Origin: an uncultured bacterium
GTDB lineage: Bacteria > Desulfobacterota_D > UBA1144 > Nemesobacterales > UBA2774
Direction of reading: 5' to 3'
DNA length: 64,000 nt
NCBI GenBank assembly: GCA_963705505.1
Contig: CAVPJU010000010.1
Span: 704,001 to 768,000 of the forward strand
A model generated the notes under the pieces. The model was not told the origin of the DNA, made no database searches, and saw only the letters and a list, made by a program, of their open reading frames with translations. The translations under genes and the position numbers were made by a program. Of the stretch, positions 1 to 8,325 are shown piece after piece. Each line of letters opens with the position of its first letter. Positions within the stretch are counted from its first letter, which is position 1.

Positions 1-915
1 CCGACATTCGGAGGCATTAACCTTGAAGACATTAAGGCTCCCGAGTGCTTTTATATTGAAGACGAGCTGAGGAAACAAATGGATATTCCTGTATTTCACG
101 ACGACCAGCACGGAACCGCGATAATATCGGGAGCGGGGTTGCTGAATGCGTGCGAGCTCGTAAAAAAGGAAATAAGCGAGCTCAGGATGACCTTTAACGG
201 CGCGGGGGCTTCCGCGATTGCCTGCGCGGAATTCTTTATCCACCTCGGAGCAAAAAGAGACAACATGATCATGTGCGACAGCCGCGGGGTCATATACAAG
301 GGGAGGGAAGCGAATATGAACCCCCAGAAAGAAAGATTCGCGGTAGATACGAACGCCAGGACACTCGAGGACGCCATGAAAGGGGCTGATGTATTTGTCG
401 GACTCTCGACAGGAAACGCAGTCACCAAGAAAATGGTTAAATCCATGGCGGACAACCCGATTATATTTGCAATGGCTAATCCGGACCCCGAAATCACATA
501 TCCGGATGCCAAAGCCGCCAGAAAGGACGTAATAATGGCCACAGGAAGGTCCGACTATCCGAATCAGGTAAACAACGTTCTGGGATTCCCCTTTATATTC
601 AGAGGCGCGCTCGATGTGAGGGCAAAAGCGATAAATGAAGAGATGAAAGTGGCAGCCGCGTATTCCCTGGCGAAGCTGGCCAAAATGGGGGCGGACGAGA
701 AAGTTGCAAAAGCCTACGGGAAAAAACATTTCGATTTCGGACCTGAATATATAGTGCCGTCGCCGTTTGACCCCAGGGTCCTCGTATTGGAGTCGGTTGC
801 AGTCGCCGAGGCGGCCATGCATACCGGAGCATCGAGAATAAAAATCGATATCGAGGAATACAGGGAGCAATTAGAGAGAAAAGTCGAAGACAAATTGAAG
901 AGATGGAGTGTCTGA
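1..915 (+). CDS. NAD(P)-dependent malic enzyme, 5'-partial, no PTA domain
   Basis: Frame is open from base 1 ([17 protein letters not shown]). Motifs [42 protein letters not shown]. Confidence 0.93.
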   Translation, partial: PTFGGINLEDIKAPECFYIEDELRKQMDIPVFHDDQHGTAIISGAGLLNACELVKKEISELRMTFNGAGASAIACAEFFIHLGAKRDNMIMCDSRGVIYKGREANMNPQKERFAVDTNARTLEDAMKGADVFVGLSTGNAVTKKMVKSMADNPIIFAMANPDPEITYPDAKAARKDVIMATGRSDYPNQVNNVLGFPFIFRGALDVRAKAINEEMKVAAAYSLAKLAKMGADEKVAKAYGKKHFDFGPEYIVPSPFDPRVLVLESVAVAEAAMHTGASRIKIDIEEYREQLERKVEDKLKRWSV

Positions 916-1021
916 CCTATTCTTCTTGGTGCAGAGTATAAAGATTAGTCTTTTTTCTTGACAGAATATCACGACACTCCTATGGGCTTTAATAAATTAA
1001 TCTTTATCCGCAAAAAACAAG

Positions 1022-1906
1022 TTGTCACCAAGCAGCGACCTCAGCAAGAATAAAAAGTTCCGAACGGCTCTCCTATCGATTAGTGTATCCCTCGTTCTGA
1101 TCATCATTAAGGTCATATTCGGGATCCTCACCAATTCAATAAGCATATTGGCTTCAGCCGCAGATTCTCTGCTCGATATAATCACTTCATCGGTAAATTT
1201 TTATTCAATACGAAAAGCAGAAAAGCCCGCCGACCATGACCACAAATTCGGCCACGGAAAAGCCGAGGGACTGGCGGGGCTGTTCCAGACTTTCATAATA
1301 GGGTCTTCCGCCCTTTATCTCATATACCTGTCGATCGTAAGACTCATAAAAGGCGGCAGCCTCGTATCGCTCGACTGGGGAATCGTAGTAATAGCCTTAT
1401 CGATAGTCGTTAGTTTTTTTCTTGCAAGACACATCAGGAAAGTCGCCGAGGAAACCGGAAGCATAGTTTTGAGCGCGGACAGCCTCCACTATAAATTCGA
1501 CGTATACACGAACGGAGGAATTGCTGCGGGACTCATCGCCATAAAACTCACCGGGCTGCACAATATCGATCCCATAATATCTATTGTTATCGCTATATTC
1601 ATAATCTGGTCATCTAAAGACGTGGTAATCGAATCCGTCGATATATTAATGGACAAAGAGCTCCCGCCGCATACCGTTTCCGAGATAGAAGAAATAATCA
1701 TGAGATACAATCCGAGCGTCAAGAGTTATCATAAGCTCAGGACGAGGAACGCGGGGTCTGTCAAATTTGTCGAATTCCATGTCGTCATGGACCATACGCT
1801 CACTTTTGTAAAGTCGCATGAAATAGCGGAACAAATAGTCGAAGATATCAAGGAAAGAATCGGGAACTCCGAAGTAACTGTGCACGTCGACCCCGATAAA
1901 CGTTAA
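1022..1906 (+). CDS. Cation diffusion facilitator transporter (FieF-like)
   Basis: Several TM helices; ASAADSLLD, HKFGHGKAE, LSADSLHY motifs; C-terminal dimerisation domain ending VHVDP. Confidence 0.92.
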   Translation: MSPSSDLSKNKKFRTALLSISVSLVLIIIKVIFGILTNSISILASAADSLLDIITSSVNFYSIRKAEKPADHDHKFGHGKAEGLAGLFQTFIIGSSALYLIYLSIVRLIKGGSLVSLDWGIVVIALSIVVSFFLARHIRKVAEETGSIVLSADSLHYKFDVYTNGGIAAGLIAIKLTGLHNIDPIISIVIAIFIIWSSKDVVIESVDILMDKELPPHTVSEIEEIIMRYNPSVKSYHKLRTRNAGSVKFVEFHVVMDHTLTFVKSHEIAEQIVEDIKERIGNSEVTVHVDPDKR

Positions 1907-1960
1907 ACCCGGCCATAATCTCCCATAAACAAATAATTTTTACCATAGCTAAAATATTTG

Positions 1961-1989
1961 TTGTACAGGACTAATCCGTTAGGGATAAT
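1961..1989 (+). promoter_or_regulatory. Putative sigma70 promoter TTGTAC-17-GATAAT
   Basis: Near-consensus hexamers with a 17-nt spacer upstream of the ORF at 2080. Confidence 0.4.
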
Positions 1990-2079
1990 TGGAGTTAAGG
2001 GCTGAAATATGAGAATTTGCAACTTTAGTGGGATTTCAAGGTTTATACACATATAAGGCCGGATTTATTGGAGAGAGTA

Positions 2080-2439
2080 ATGAAAAAAATAATATTACCT
2101 ATTTTAATCGTGATTGCTCTTATGATAGCCGCTCCTGCTTCAAGCCTGGCCCGTAACGGACACGGGTATCACGGACAGGGATATTACGGAAACGGATACC
2201 GCGGACAGGGATATCATGGACAGGGATACTATAATCACGGCTACGGGCATCATTACAATCACGGTTCTAATTTCACAACCAGCTTCTTTTTCGGGGCACC
2301 CTATGCATATTACCCCAGTCCCTATGTATATTATGCGCCGCCTCCGCCGCCAGTCGTTTATTACGCGCCCCCTCCTGTGTACTACGCGCCCCCTCCCCCT
2401 CCGTCGGGACAGCTATTCTTCGGATTCACAGTAGATTGA
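2080..2439 (+). CDS. Exported low-complexity Gly/Tyr/His-repeat and polyproline protein
   Basis: Signal peptide MKKIILPILIVIALMIAAPASSLA; GYxGQ repeats; three YYAPPP units. ATG 2080 follows GGAGAG; TTG 2068 is the alternative start. Confidence 0.75.
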   Translation: MKKIILPILIVIALMIAAPASSLARNGHGYHGQGYYGNGYRGQGYHGQGYYNHGYGHHYNHGSNFTTSFFFGAPYAYYPSPYVYYAPPPPPVVYYAPPPVYYAPPPPPSGQLFFGFTVD

Positions 2440-2674
2440 ACCTGTGTGACGCATTCGAACTCCCGGGCATCATTATTGTGAAAGCCTGACGAACGGCAGG
2501 CAGCCAGGATAAATCTGACACGGAGATGCCCCCGGAGAGGTGTAGTCTCGCTATACTGAAATACACGAACATCAAAACTGTTGCGCCCTTTTCAGTTAGA
2601 AATAACCGGGTACTCTCATAATCTCATCAAAACCTATCACGATCGGAAGCCGGGGACATTCTAAATATAAGCCC

Positions 2675-3328
2675 ATGATAAAAGCGGTCATATTCGACAT
2701 GGACGGAGTAATGATAGACAGCGAGCCCCTCTGGGAAAAAACAGAGAGGATACTGCTTGCGCGGAGGAGCATCGATTACAGCCCCGAATACAGGGACCTG
2801 ATCGTGGGCCTGAACCAAAAGGATTCGGGCAGACTCCTGAGAGAGACTTTCTCGCTCAGAGAAACCGTAGATGAAATCATTTCGGAAAGAGTCGACATTC
2901 TGACCGGCATTTACGAAGAAGAACTCGAGGTGGTTCCGAGCCTGACGCCGCTTTTAAACGAACTGAGATTGAGCGAATACCTGCTGGCCGTAGCCTCGAG
3001 CTCGCCGCTCAGGGTTATTAATTTCGTACTCGATATGTTTTCCCTCCATCAATACTTCGATGCAGTAGTCTCGGGGGAATGCACGGAAAACGGCAAGCCG
3101 CATCCGGACATATATCTCCATACGGCTGACCGGCTGGGAGTTAATCCCTCCGAGTGTGTCGCAATAGAAGACTCGATCAACGGCGTAAGATCGGCAACAA
3201 GCGCGGGAATGTACTGCATCGCGATACCGGACAAGAGACTCAGCCGGGGAGAGTTCGAAAGAGCCGACCTGATTCTCGAGAGCATGGACGATTTAAATAT
3301 CGGGGTATTTGAAAGTTTGAAGCCCTGA
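2675..3328 (+). CDS. HAD-superfamily phosphatase (beta-PGM/CbbY-like)
   Basis: FDMDGVMIDSE motif I, ASSS motif II, KPHPDIY, IEDS. Confidence 0.92.
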   Translation: MIKAVIFDMDGVMIDSEPLWEKTERILLARRSIDYSPEYRDLIVGLNQKDSGRLLRETFSLRETVDEIISERVDILTGIYEEELEVVPSLTPLLNELRLSEYLLAVASSSPLRVINFVLDMFSLHQYFDAVVSGECTENGKPHPDIYLHTADRLGVNPSECVAIEDSINGVRSATSAGMYCIAIPDKRLSRGEFERADLILESMDDLNIGVFESLKP

Positions 3329-3359
3329 ACAGGTACTCAAGCCACTCAATTTGATGAAG

Positions 3360-3668
3360 CTATCCATATTTTTCCGTAAACTGCTCATCGGTCATGCTCA
3401 GGTAGATTATGCCTTCGATAAAAGCTACAAGTGCCGGTATGAGAGTCCAGCAGAACAATATATATACTATTCCCCAGCCGACGCGACCTAAATAGAACTT
3501 GTGTATCCCTATCCCGCCCAGCAAAAGCGCGAAAATCGCGGCAGTTACCCTGTTCCTTCCGCTCGGTGATCTCATTCCGGGCTGCCTTACGCCGCATTTA
3601 GGGCATATTTCAGCCTTGATATCAATTTGTTCGCCGCAATTTACGCAATATTTACGATCTTCGGACAT
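3360..3668 (-). CDS. Zinc-ribbon + TM2 domain membrane protein
   Basis: CVNCG...CPKCG ribbon; ALLLGGIGIHKFYLG TM2 signature. GGAGGA precedes ATG 3668. Confidence 0.88.
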   Translation of the reverse strand: MSEDRKYCVNCGEQIDIKAEICPKCGVRQPGMRSPSGRNRVTAAIFALLLGGIGIHKFYLGRVGWGIVYILFCWTLIPALVAFIEGIIYLSMTDEQFTEKYG

Positions 3669-3762
3669 TTCAATCGAATCCTCCATGAGTGTGTCGGAAA
3701 AACAACAGATTATCGCATCATTCGCGGCCCGCTGTCAACGGTGAACTAATAAATTAATAAAG

Positions 3763-4758
3763 CTAGCTCGGTTTATGCATGGGAGGAGCCATAAATTCCG
3801 GGCCAACGGGGTCCTTAATCGTATCTTCGAGAATTTTATCGATGGCGTCGAAATCATCTTTGTTTAAAGACCACCCCAGCATACCATCGATAGGCTGAAG
3901 CTGGTCGGGACGCCTTGCTCCCCAGAGCGCGATGTGATCCTGCGCCCTGTCGAGTATCCAGCGAATCGCGAGGTGTATCACGTGCTTTCCGTATTTCTTT
4001 TGGGCGTACCGATCCAGTTCTTCTACAGCTTTTAAATACTGCCCGAACCTGGGCTGCTTGAATTTGGGATCGGCTTTCCGTATATCGTCCCCTTCGAACT
4101 TCGTATCCCCCTTCATCCTTCCGCTCAAAAGGCCGCGGCAGATCGCCCCGTAAAATAGCATGGTGATCCCGCTCGCATCGCAGTAAGGAAGAACATCGCG
4201 CTCGATTACCCGCTCGAACAAATTGAATGGGGGCTGGCATATGTGGAGCGGCACTTTACTCCTGAATATATCCATCTGCTCGGTCGAATAATTGCTCACC
4301 CCGATCGCCCTGATTTTTCCAGTTTGATAAAGCTCGTTCATTGCCTGAGCGGCTTCTTCGATCGGGGTATCGAAATCGGGCCAGTGTACCTGGTATATGT
4401 CTATATAATTCGTGCGGAGTCTCTCGAGAGAATCCTCGACCTCTTTCATTATGCGATTCCTTGTAGAGTTGCGGTACACCTTTCCGCTTGTCCAGTCGAG
4501 ACCCACCTTGGTAGCGATGACGACCTTTTCCCTGTCTCCGTACTCGGTCAAAGCCTTTCCCACAATCTCCTCAGACCTCCCGAAACCGTAGATCGCAGCC
4601 GTATCTACGAGGTTAATTCCCTTACCGAGGGCGGCTAGAATAGTATCTACGGACTCGCGCTCCTCGCTGCCTCCCCAGAGCCAACCCCCGATAGCCCAGC
4701 AGCCGAGGCCTATACGCGAGGATACGATATCCGTCCCTTTTATCCTGATATATTCCAT
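3763..4758 (-). CDS. Aldo/keto reductase
   Basis: IGLGCWAIGG, DTAAIYG, IATK, YIDIYQVHWPD, IGVSNY. GAGGAGG precedes ATG 4758. Confidence 0.94.
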   Translation of the reverse strand: MEYIRIKGTDIVSSRIGLGCWAIGGWLWGGSEERESVDTILAALGKGINLVDTAAIYGFGRSEEIVGKALTEYGDREKVVIATKVGLDWTSGKVYRNSTRNRIMKEVEDSLERLRTNYIDIYQVHWPDFDTPIEEAAQAMNELYQTGKIRAIGVSNYSTEQMDIFRSKVPLHICQPPFNLFERVIERDVLPYCDASGITMLFYGAICRGLLSGRMKGDTKFEGDDIRKADPKFKQPRFGQYLKAVEELDRYAQKKYGKHVIHLAIRWILDRAQDHIALWGARRPDQLQPIDGMLGWSLNKDDFDAIDKILEDTIKDPVGPEFMAPPMHKPS

Positions 4759-4967
4759 GCTGCAGTACCTCCTCACATTATTGACTTTTCATGCCGGATT
4801 CAGGCGTCCCTCATAATGGTATGCCGTTTATAATCTGTATTTCACAACTATCTTACCCGTCCGATAATCCTTGTCCCATCCATACTTAACACCCGGATCA
4901 ATTTTCATGTCAAAGTTAAAACTTATTTGACTTCGGATTATTCAGCTATAAGATATGATATAGGATC

Positions 4968-5357
4968 ATGAAGAGATTTTTTAGCCTTTTTCTAGTCGTC
5001 AATATACTTGCATGCTACGGCGGGTTCTACCGGAATACATTCGCTTCGACCGATCCGGCGCGTGTAAAGCCGATGTCCGGCTGCCACTTGATGAATCACG
5101 AAAACAATAAACCCGCAAACGAGAATTCTTCCCGAATCATTAACGATTCGGCCAATACGGATAGTCCTTGCTGTTCCGAGAGCCTGACAAACATACACCC
5201 TGACCTCAACGCTAAGATTGAAATAGTATCTATCGATAGAACACAACCGGCAATACTCAATAACGGTAAAGACCATCTTAAAAAACAACGGGATAACTCC
5301 CTCAGAGAGCATGACCCGCCTGATTTACAGATTTCCAATTCCACCTTTTTACTATAA
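4968..5357 (+). CDS. Exported leader protein upstream of the heavy-metal RND operon (CH, CC and C-terminal HDPP motifs)
   Basis: N-terminal hydrophobic signal; SGCHLMNH; PCCSES; ends HDPPDLQISNSTFLL; co-oriented 129 nt before the cusC-like gene. Confidence 0.72.
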   Translation: MKRFFSLFLVVNILACYGGFYRNTFASTDPARVKPMSGCHLMNHENNKPANENSSRIINDSANTDSPCCSESLTNIHPDLNAKIEIVSIDRTQPAILNNGKDHLKKQRDNSLREHDPPDLQISNSTFLL

Positions 5358-5486
5358 TTTTGTCCTTTCCATCTGATCCCCGCACTGCCCGACGATAAGT
5401 CATGGGCAGCGAGGGATTCTTGCGTTTTCTACAACCATACATCTAAAAAGTTTTAGAGGTGTTCCCCTCTTACCGGAGGCAAATAT

Positions 5487-6764
5487 ATGAAAGAGATATG
5501 CGCAACGTTATTTCTAATTTTATTTTTAACGCAAAGCTTATCCGCGCAGCAAGTCGAGACGCTGGATTCTTTAGTAAACGAGGCGCTTCGAAATAATCCC
5601 GAGATAAAAGCGGCGAAAGCGAAGTGGGGAGCTTCCACGAAGCGTCCCACACAGGAAGGGACCCTGCCCGACCCGATGATAGGAATAGATTGGCAGAACG
5701 TGAGCTTCGACAGCATAACGCTCGACGAGGAATCGAACAGCATGTTGAAATTCTCATTCGAACAGGAAATCCCTTTTCCCGGAAAGCTCTCATCGAAGGA
5801 AAAAATAGCGGCCAGAGAATCCGAAGCCGAGGAGAAATCCTCACAGGCAACGGAGAGGAGAGTTATCGCCGATCTCAAAGCCGCCTATTACGACTGGTAT
5901 CTTTCGAAAAAAGCCATAGAGATCACCGAAAAGAACAAGAAGCTTCTCGAAAAGTTCACCAGGATCGCGGAAGTGAAGTACGAAGTGGGAAAGGGCATAC
6001 AGCAGGACGTGCTGAAAGCCCAGGTTGAGACATCGAAGATCATCGAGGAGCTCGAAGTCTTCAAGCAGAAAAAAGAGATAATCGAGGCGAGGATAAAAAG
6101 TATGCTCAACCGTCCGCAGGATTCCCCGCTAGGCAATCCCGAGGACATAGAAAAAACACCTTTGACCATGACTTCCGAGGAAGTGAGCAAGATCACAAAG
6201 GAAAACGCTCCGCTCCTAGCCATGAAAGAGCGTGAGATAGCGAGGGGAGAAGAGGCTCTGAATCTCGCACAAAAGGAGCTTTATCCCGATTTCGTCGTGG
6301 GAGCCTCTCCGGGAATAATGGGTAGAGCGGGGAACGGCGTTGACGGAATATGGGAGGTATCTCTCGGATTAAAAGTGCCGCTTTATTTCTGGAGAAAGCA
6401 GAAGCCGGGAATCGAGGAAGCGGCGCTCGAATTAAAAGGGGCGCAGGAGGAGTACGGCGCCACGAATCAGGAGCTCAGCTTTAACGTGAAGGAGAGTTAT
6501 CTCAACGCAAGGACATCCGAGAACCTCATGAACCTCTATCAGAAGGGCATAATCCCCCAGTCGAGGCTCGCGCTCGAATCGGCGATTTCCGGTTACCAGG
6601 TGGGGGCGGTCGATTTCCTCACCCTGCTGGACGACCTGATGTCATTATTCAGCTTCGAGCTCGAGTACCATAGACAGCTCGCCGAGTATGAGAAGGCCTT
6701 GGCGAGGATCGAGGAGTTATCAGGCGTTGAATTGACACATCAATCCGAGAGCAAAGGAGAATAA
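5487..6764 (+). CDS. TolC-family outer-membrane factor of heavy-metal efflux system (CusC-like)
   Basis: Signal peptide; ALRNNPEI, LPDP, QEIPFPGKL, YQVGAVDFLTLL; first gene of the RND operon. Confidence 0.9.
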   Translation: MKEICATLFLILFLTQSLSAQQVETLDSLVNEALRNNPEIKAAKAKWGASTKRPTQEGTLPDPMIGIDWQNVSFDSITLDEESNSMLKFSFEQEIPFPGKLSSKEKIAARESEAEEKSSQATERRVIADLKAAYYDWYLSKKAIEITEKNKKLLEKFTRIAEVKYEVGKGIQQDVLKAQVETSKIIEELEVFKQKKEIIEARIKSMLNRPQDSPLGNPEDIEKTPLTMTSEEVSKITKENAPLLAMKEREIARGEEALNLAQKELYPDFVVGASPGIMGRAGNGVDGIWEVSLGLKVPLYFWRKQKPGIEEAALELKGAQEEYGATNQELSFNVKESYLNARTSENLMNLYQKGIIPQSRLALESAISGYQVGAVDFLTLLDDLMSLFSFELEYHRQLAEYEKALARIEELSGVELTHQSESKGE

Positions 6765-6766
6765 AG

Positions 6767-8233
6767 ATGAAGGGAAAGAAAGGAGTAAAAATTGTTTCGG
6801 TTTTAATCCTCCTGGCAGCCGCTTTTTTCGCCGCTTACAAATACGGCTACAGGATACCGGTGCTTAAGGAAATCCCGTTTTTCTCCCAGGGACACGAGCA
6901 CCGGTGGCGCCCTGTCCTTACAAAGGACGGAGAGATCGACTACTGGACATGCGCAATGCACCCTTCGGTGAGGATGAAGGAGCCCGGCCACTGCCCGATA
7001 TGCGGAATGGAGCTCGTTCCGGTCATGAAAAAAACGGGTCCGGAGACCGAACCCAACTCGGGTAATCAGGAGAAAGAAACCACGGCGGAATCCGAGAGCT
7101 CAACCGGAACGGGGACCATGGACCAAAGTATGCCCGGGATGGAAATGCCTGCACCTGCACCCGAACCCGGAAAAGGGGAATCCCGGTCCCAGTTCACAGT
7201 CAGCCCGGAGAGGCAGCAGTTAATAGGGGTTAAAACAGAGCCCGTAGCTATGCGCTCTATGGACAAATCGATCCGGACCGCGGGCAGAGTCACTCTCGAT
7301 GAAACTAAAATCACACAAATAAACACAAAATTCAGCGGGTGGATAGATAAGCTATACGTCGACTATACGCTTCAGCACGTTAACAAGGGAGACCCGCTAT
7401 TTTCCATATACAGCCCGGAGCTAGTCTCGACAGAGCAGGAATACCTGCTCGCGCTCCGCTCAAACGAGATACTATCCGACAGCGAGTTCCCGGAGATCTC
7501 GGGCGGGGCTAATTCGCTCCTCGATGCAACCAAGAAACGGCTCCAATTATGGGATATATCGGAAAGTCAGATAAGGGAGCTTGCGAAATCCGGGAAAGTA
7601 AAGGAAAGCCTCATCATATACTCCCCCGTCTCAGGCGCAGTGATCGAGAAAAATGCATTTCAGAATATGTACGTTGAGCCCAACACCGCTCTCTATAAGA
7701 TCGCCGACCATTCGAACGTTTGGGTCGAGGTCGATATATACGAGAACGAGATACCCCTCGTTAAGTTGGGAGACCACGCGGTGATGACGTTGGAATCGCT
7801 TCCCGGCGAGGAGTTCCACGGGAAAGTCACGTTCATTCCGCCTCACCTCGACATGAAGACGAGGACTGCAAAGGCGCGTCTCGAATTCCCTAACGCCGAC
7901 ATGAAACTGCTCCCTGAAATGTACGCCGATGTGAACATCGATATTCCACTCGGAGAGAAATTGACAATACCCGAGTCCGCAGTGCTGCGGACGGGGGCGC
8001 AGGACATCGTTTTCGTAGATAAGGGGGAGGGGAAGATGGAGATAAAGAGAGTGGAGCTCGGGCAGAAATCCGACGGTTATTATGAAGTGCTCAAGGGATT
8101 AAGTGAAGGCGAGAAGGTAGTATCGAGGGCGAATTTCCTCATCGATTCGGAAAGCAAGATTCAGGCTGCCGTCGCCTCTTGGAATGAAGGCGACAAAGAG
8201 GGCGAAAGCATGAAATCCCACGAAGGACATTAA
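6767..8233 (+). CDS. cusB: CusB-like periplasmic adaptor with N-terminal heavy-metal-binding domain
   Basis: WTCAMHP..EPGHCPICGMEL domain; GWIDKLY, YSPELVS, LLPEMY, FLIDSES; ends HEGH. Confidence 0.88.
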   Translation: MKGKKGVKIVSVLILLAAAFFAAYKYGYRIPVLKEIPFFSQGHEHRWRPVLTKDGEIDYWTCAMHPSVRMKEPGHCPICGMELVPVMKKTGPETEPNSGNQEKETTAESESSTGTGTMDQSMPGMEMPAPAPEPGKGESRSQFTVSPERQQLIGVKTEPVAMRSMDKSIRTAGRVTLDETKITQINTKFSGWIDKLYVDYTLQHVNKGDPLFSIYSPELVSTEQEYLLALRSNEILSDSEFPEISGGANSLLDATKKRLQLWDISESQIRELAKSGKVKESLIIYSPVSGAVIEKNAFQNMYVEPNTALYKIADHSNVWVEVDIYENEIPLVKLGDHAVMTLESLPGEEFHGKVTFIPPHLDMKTRTAKARLEFPNADMKLLPEMYADVNIDIPLGEKLTIPESAVLRTGAQDIVFVDKGEGKMEIKRVELGQKSDGYYEVLKGLSEGEKVVSRANFLIDSESKIQAAVASWNEGDKEGESMKSHEGH

Positions 8234-8325
8234 TCCTGCGAGGGCAGAGCGCTGCGTGCAGAACATCAAGACTCCGCGACAATGATGATTACATATCTCA
8301 ATGACAGCTTAAAAGGATAGAACCG

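Noticed and set aside
2440..2470. GTTCGAAT T-loop-like word on the minus strand (also GGGTTCGAAA at 36332)
   Set aside because: No T-stem, acceptor stem or cloverleaf can be built; not a tRNA.
2478..2510. Hammerhead ribozyme (CTGACGA, GAAA) or SRP RNA (GGCAGGCAGCC) resemblance
   Set aside because: The core elements are in the wrong order and spacing for a hammerhead, and the SRP helix-8 tetraloop and CAGG partner are missing.
4927..4959. CueR/MerR-type promoter upstream of the metal island
   Set aside because: TTGACT is present, but candidate -10 boxes give 16- or 21-nt spacers and there is no clear dyad in the spacer.
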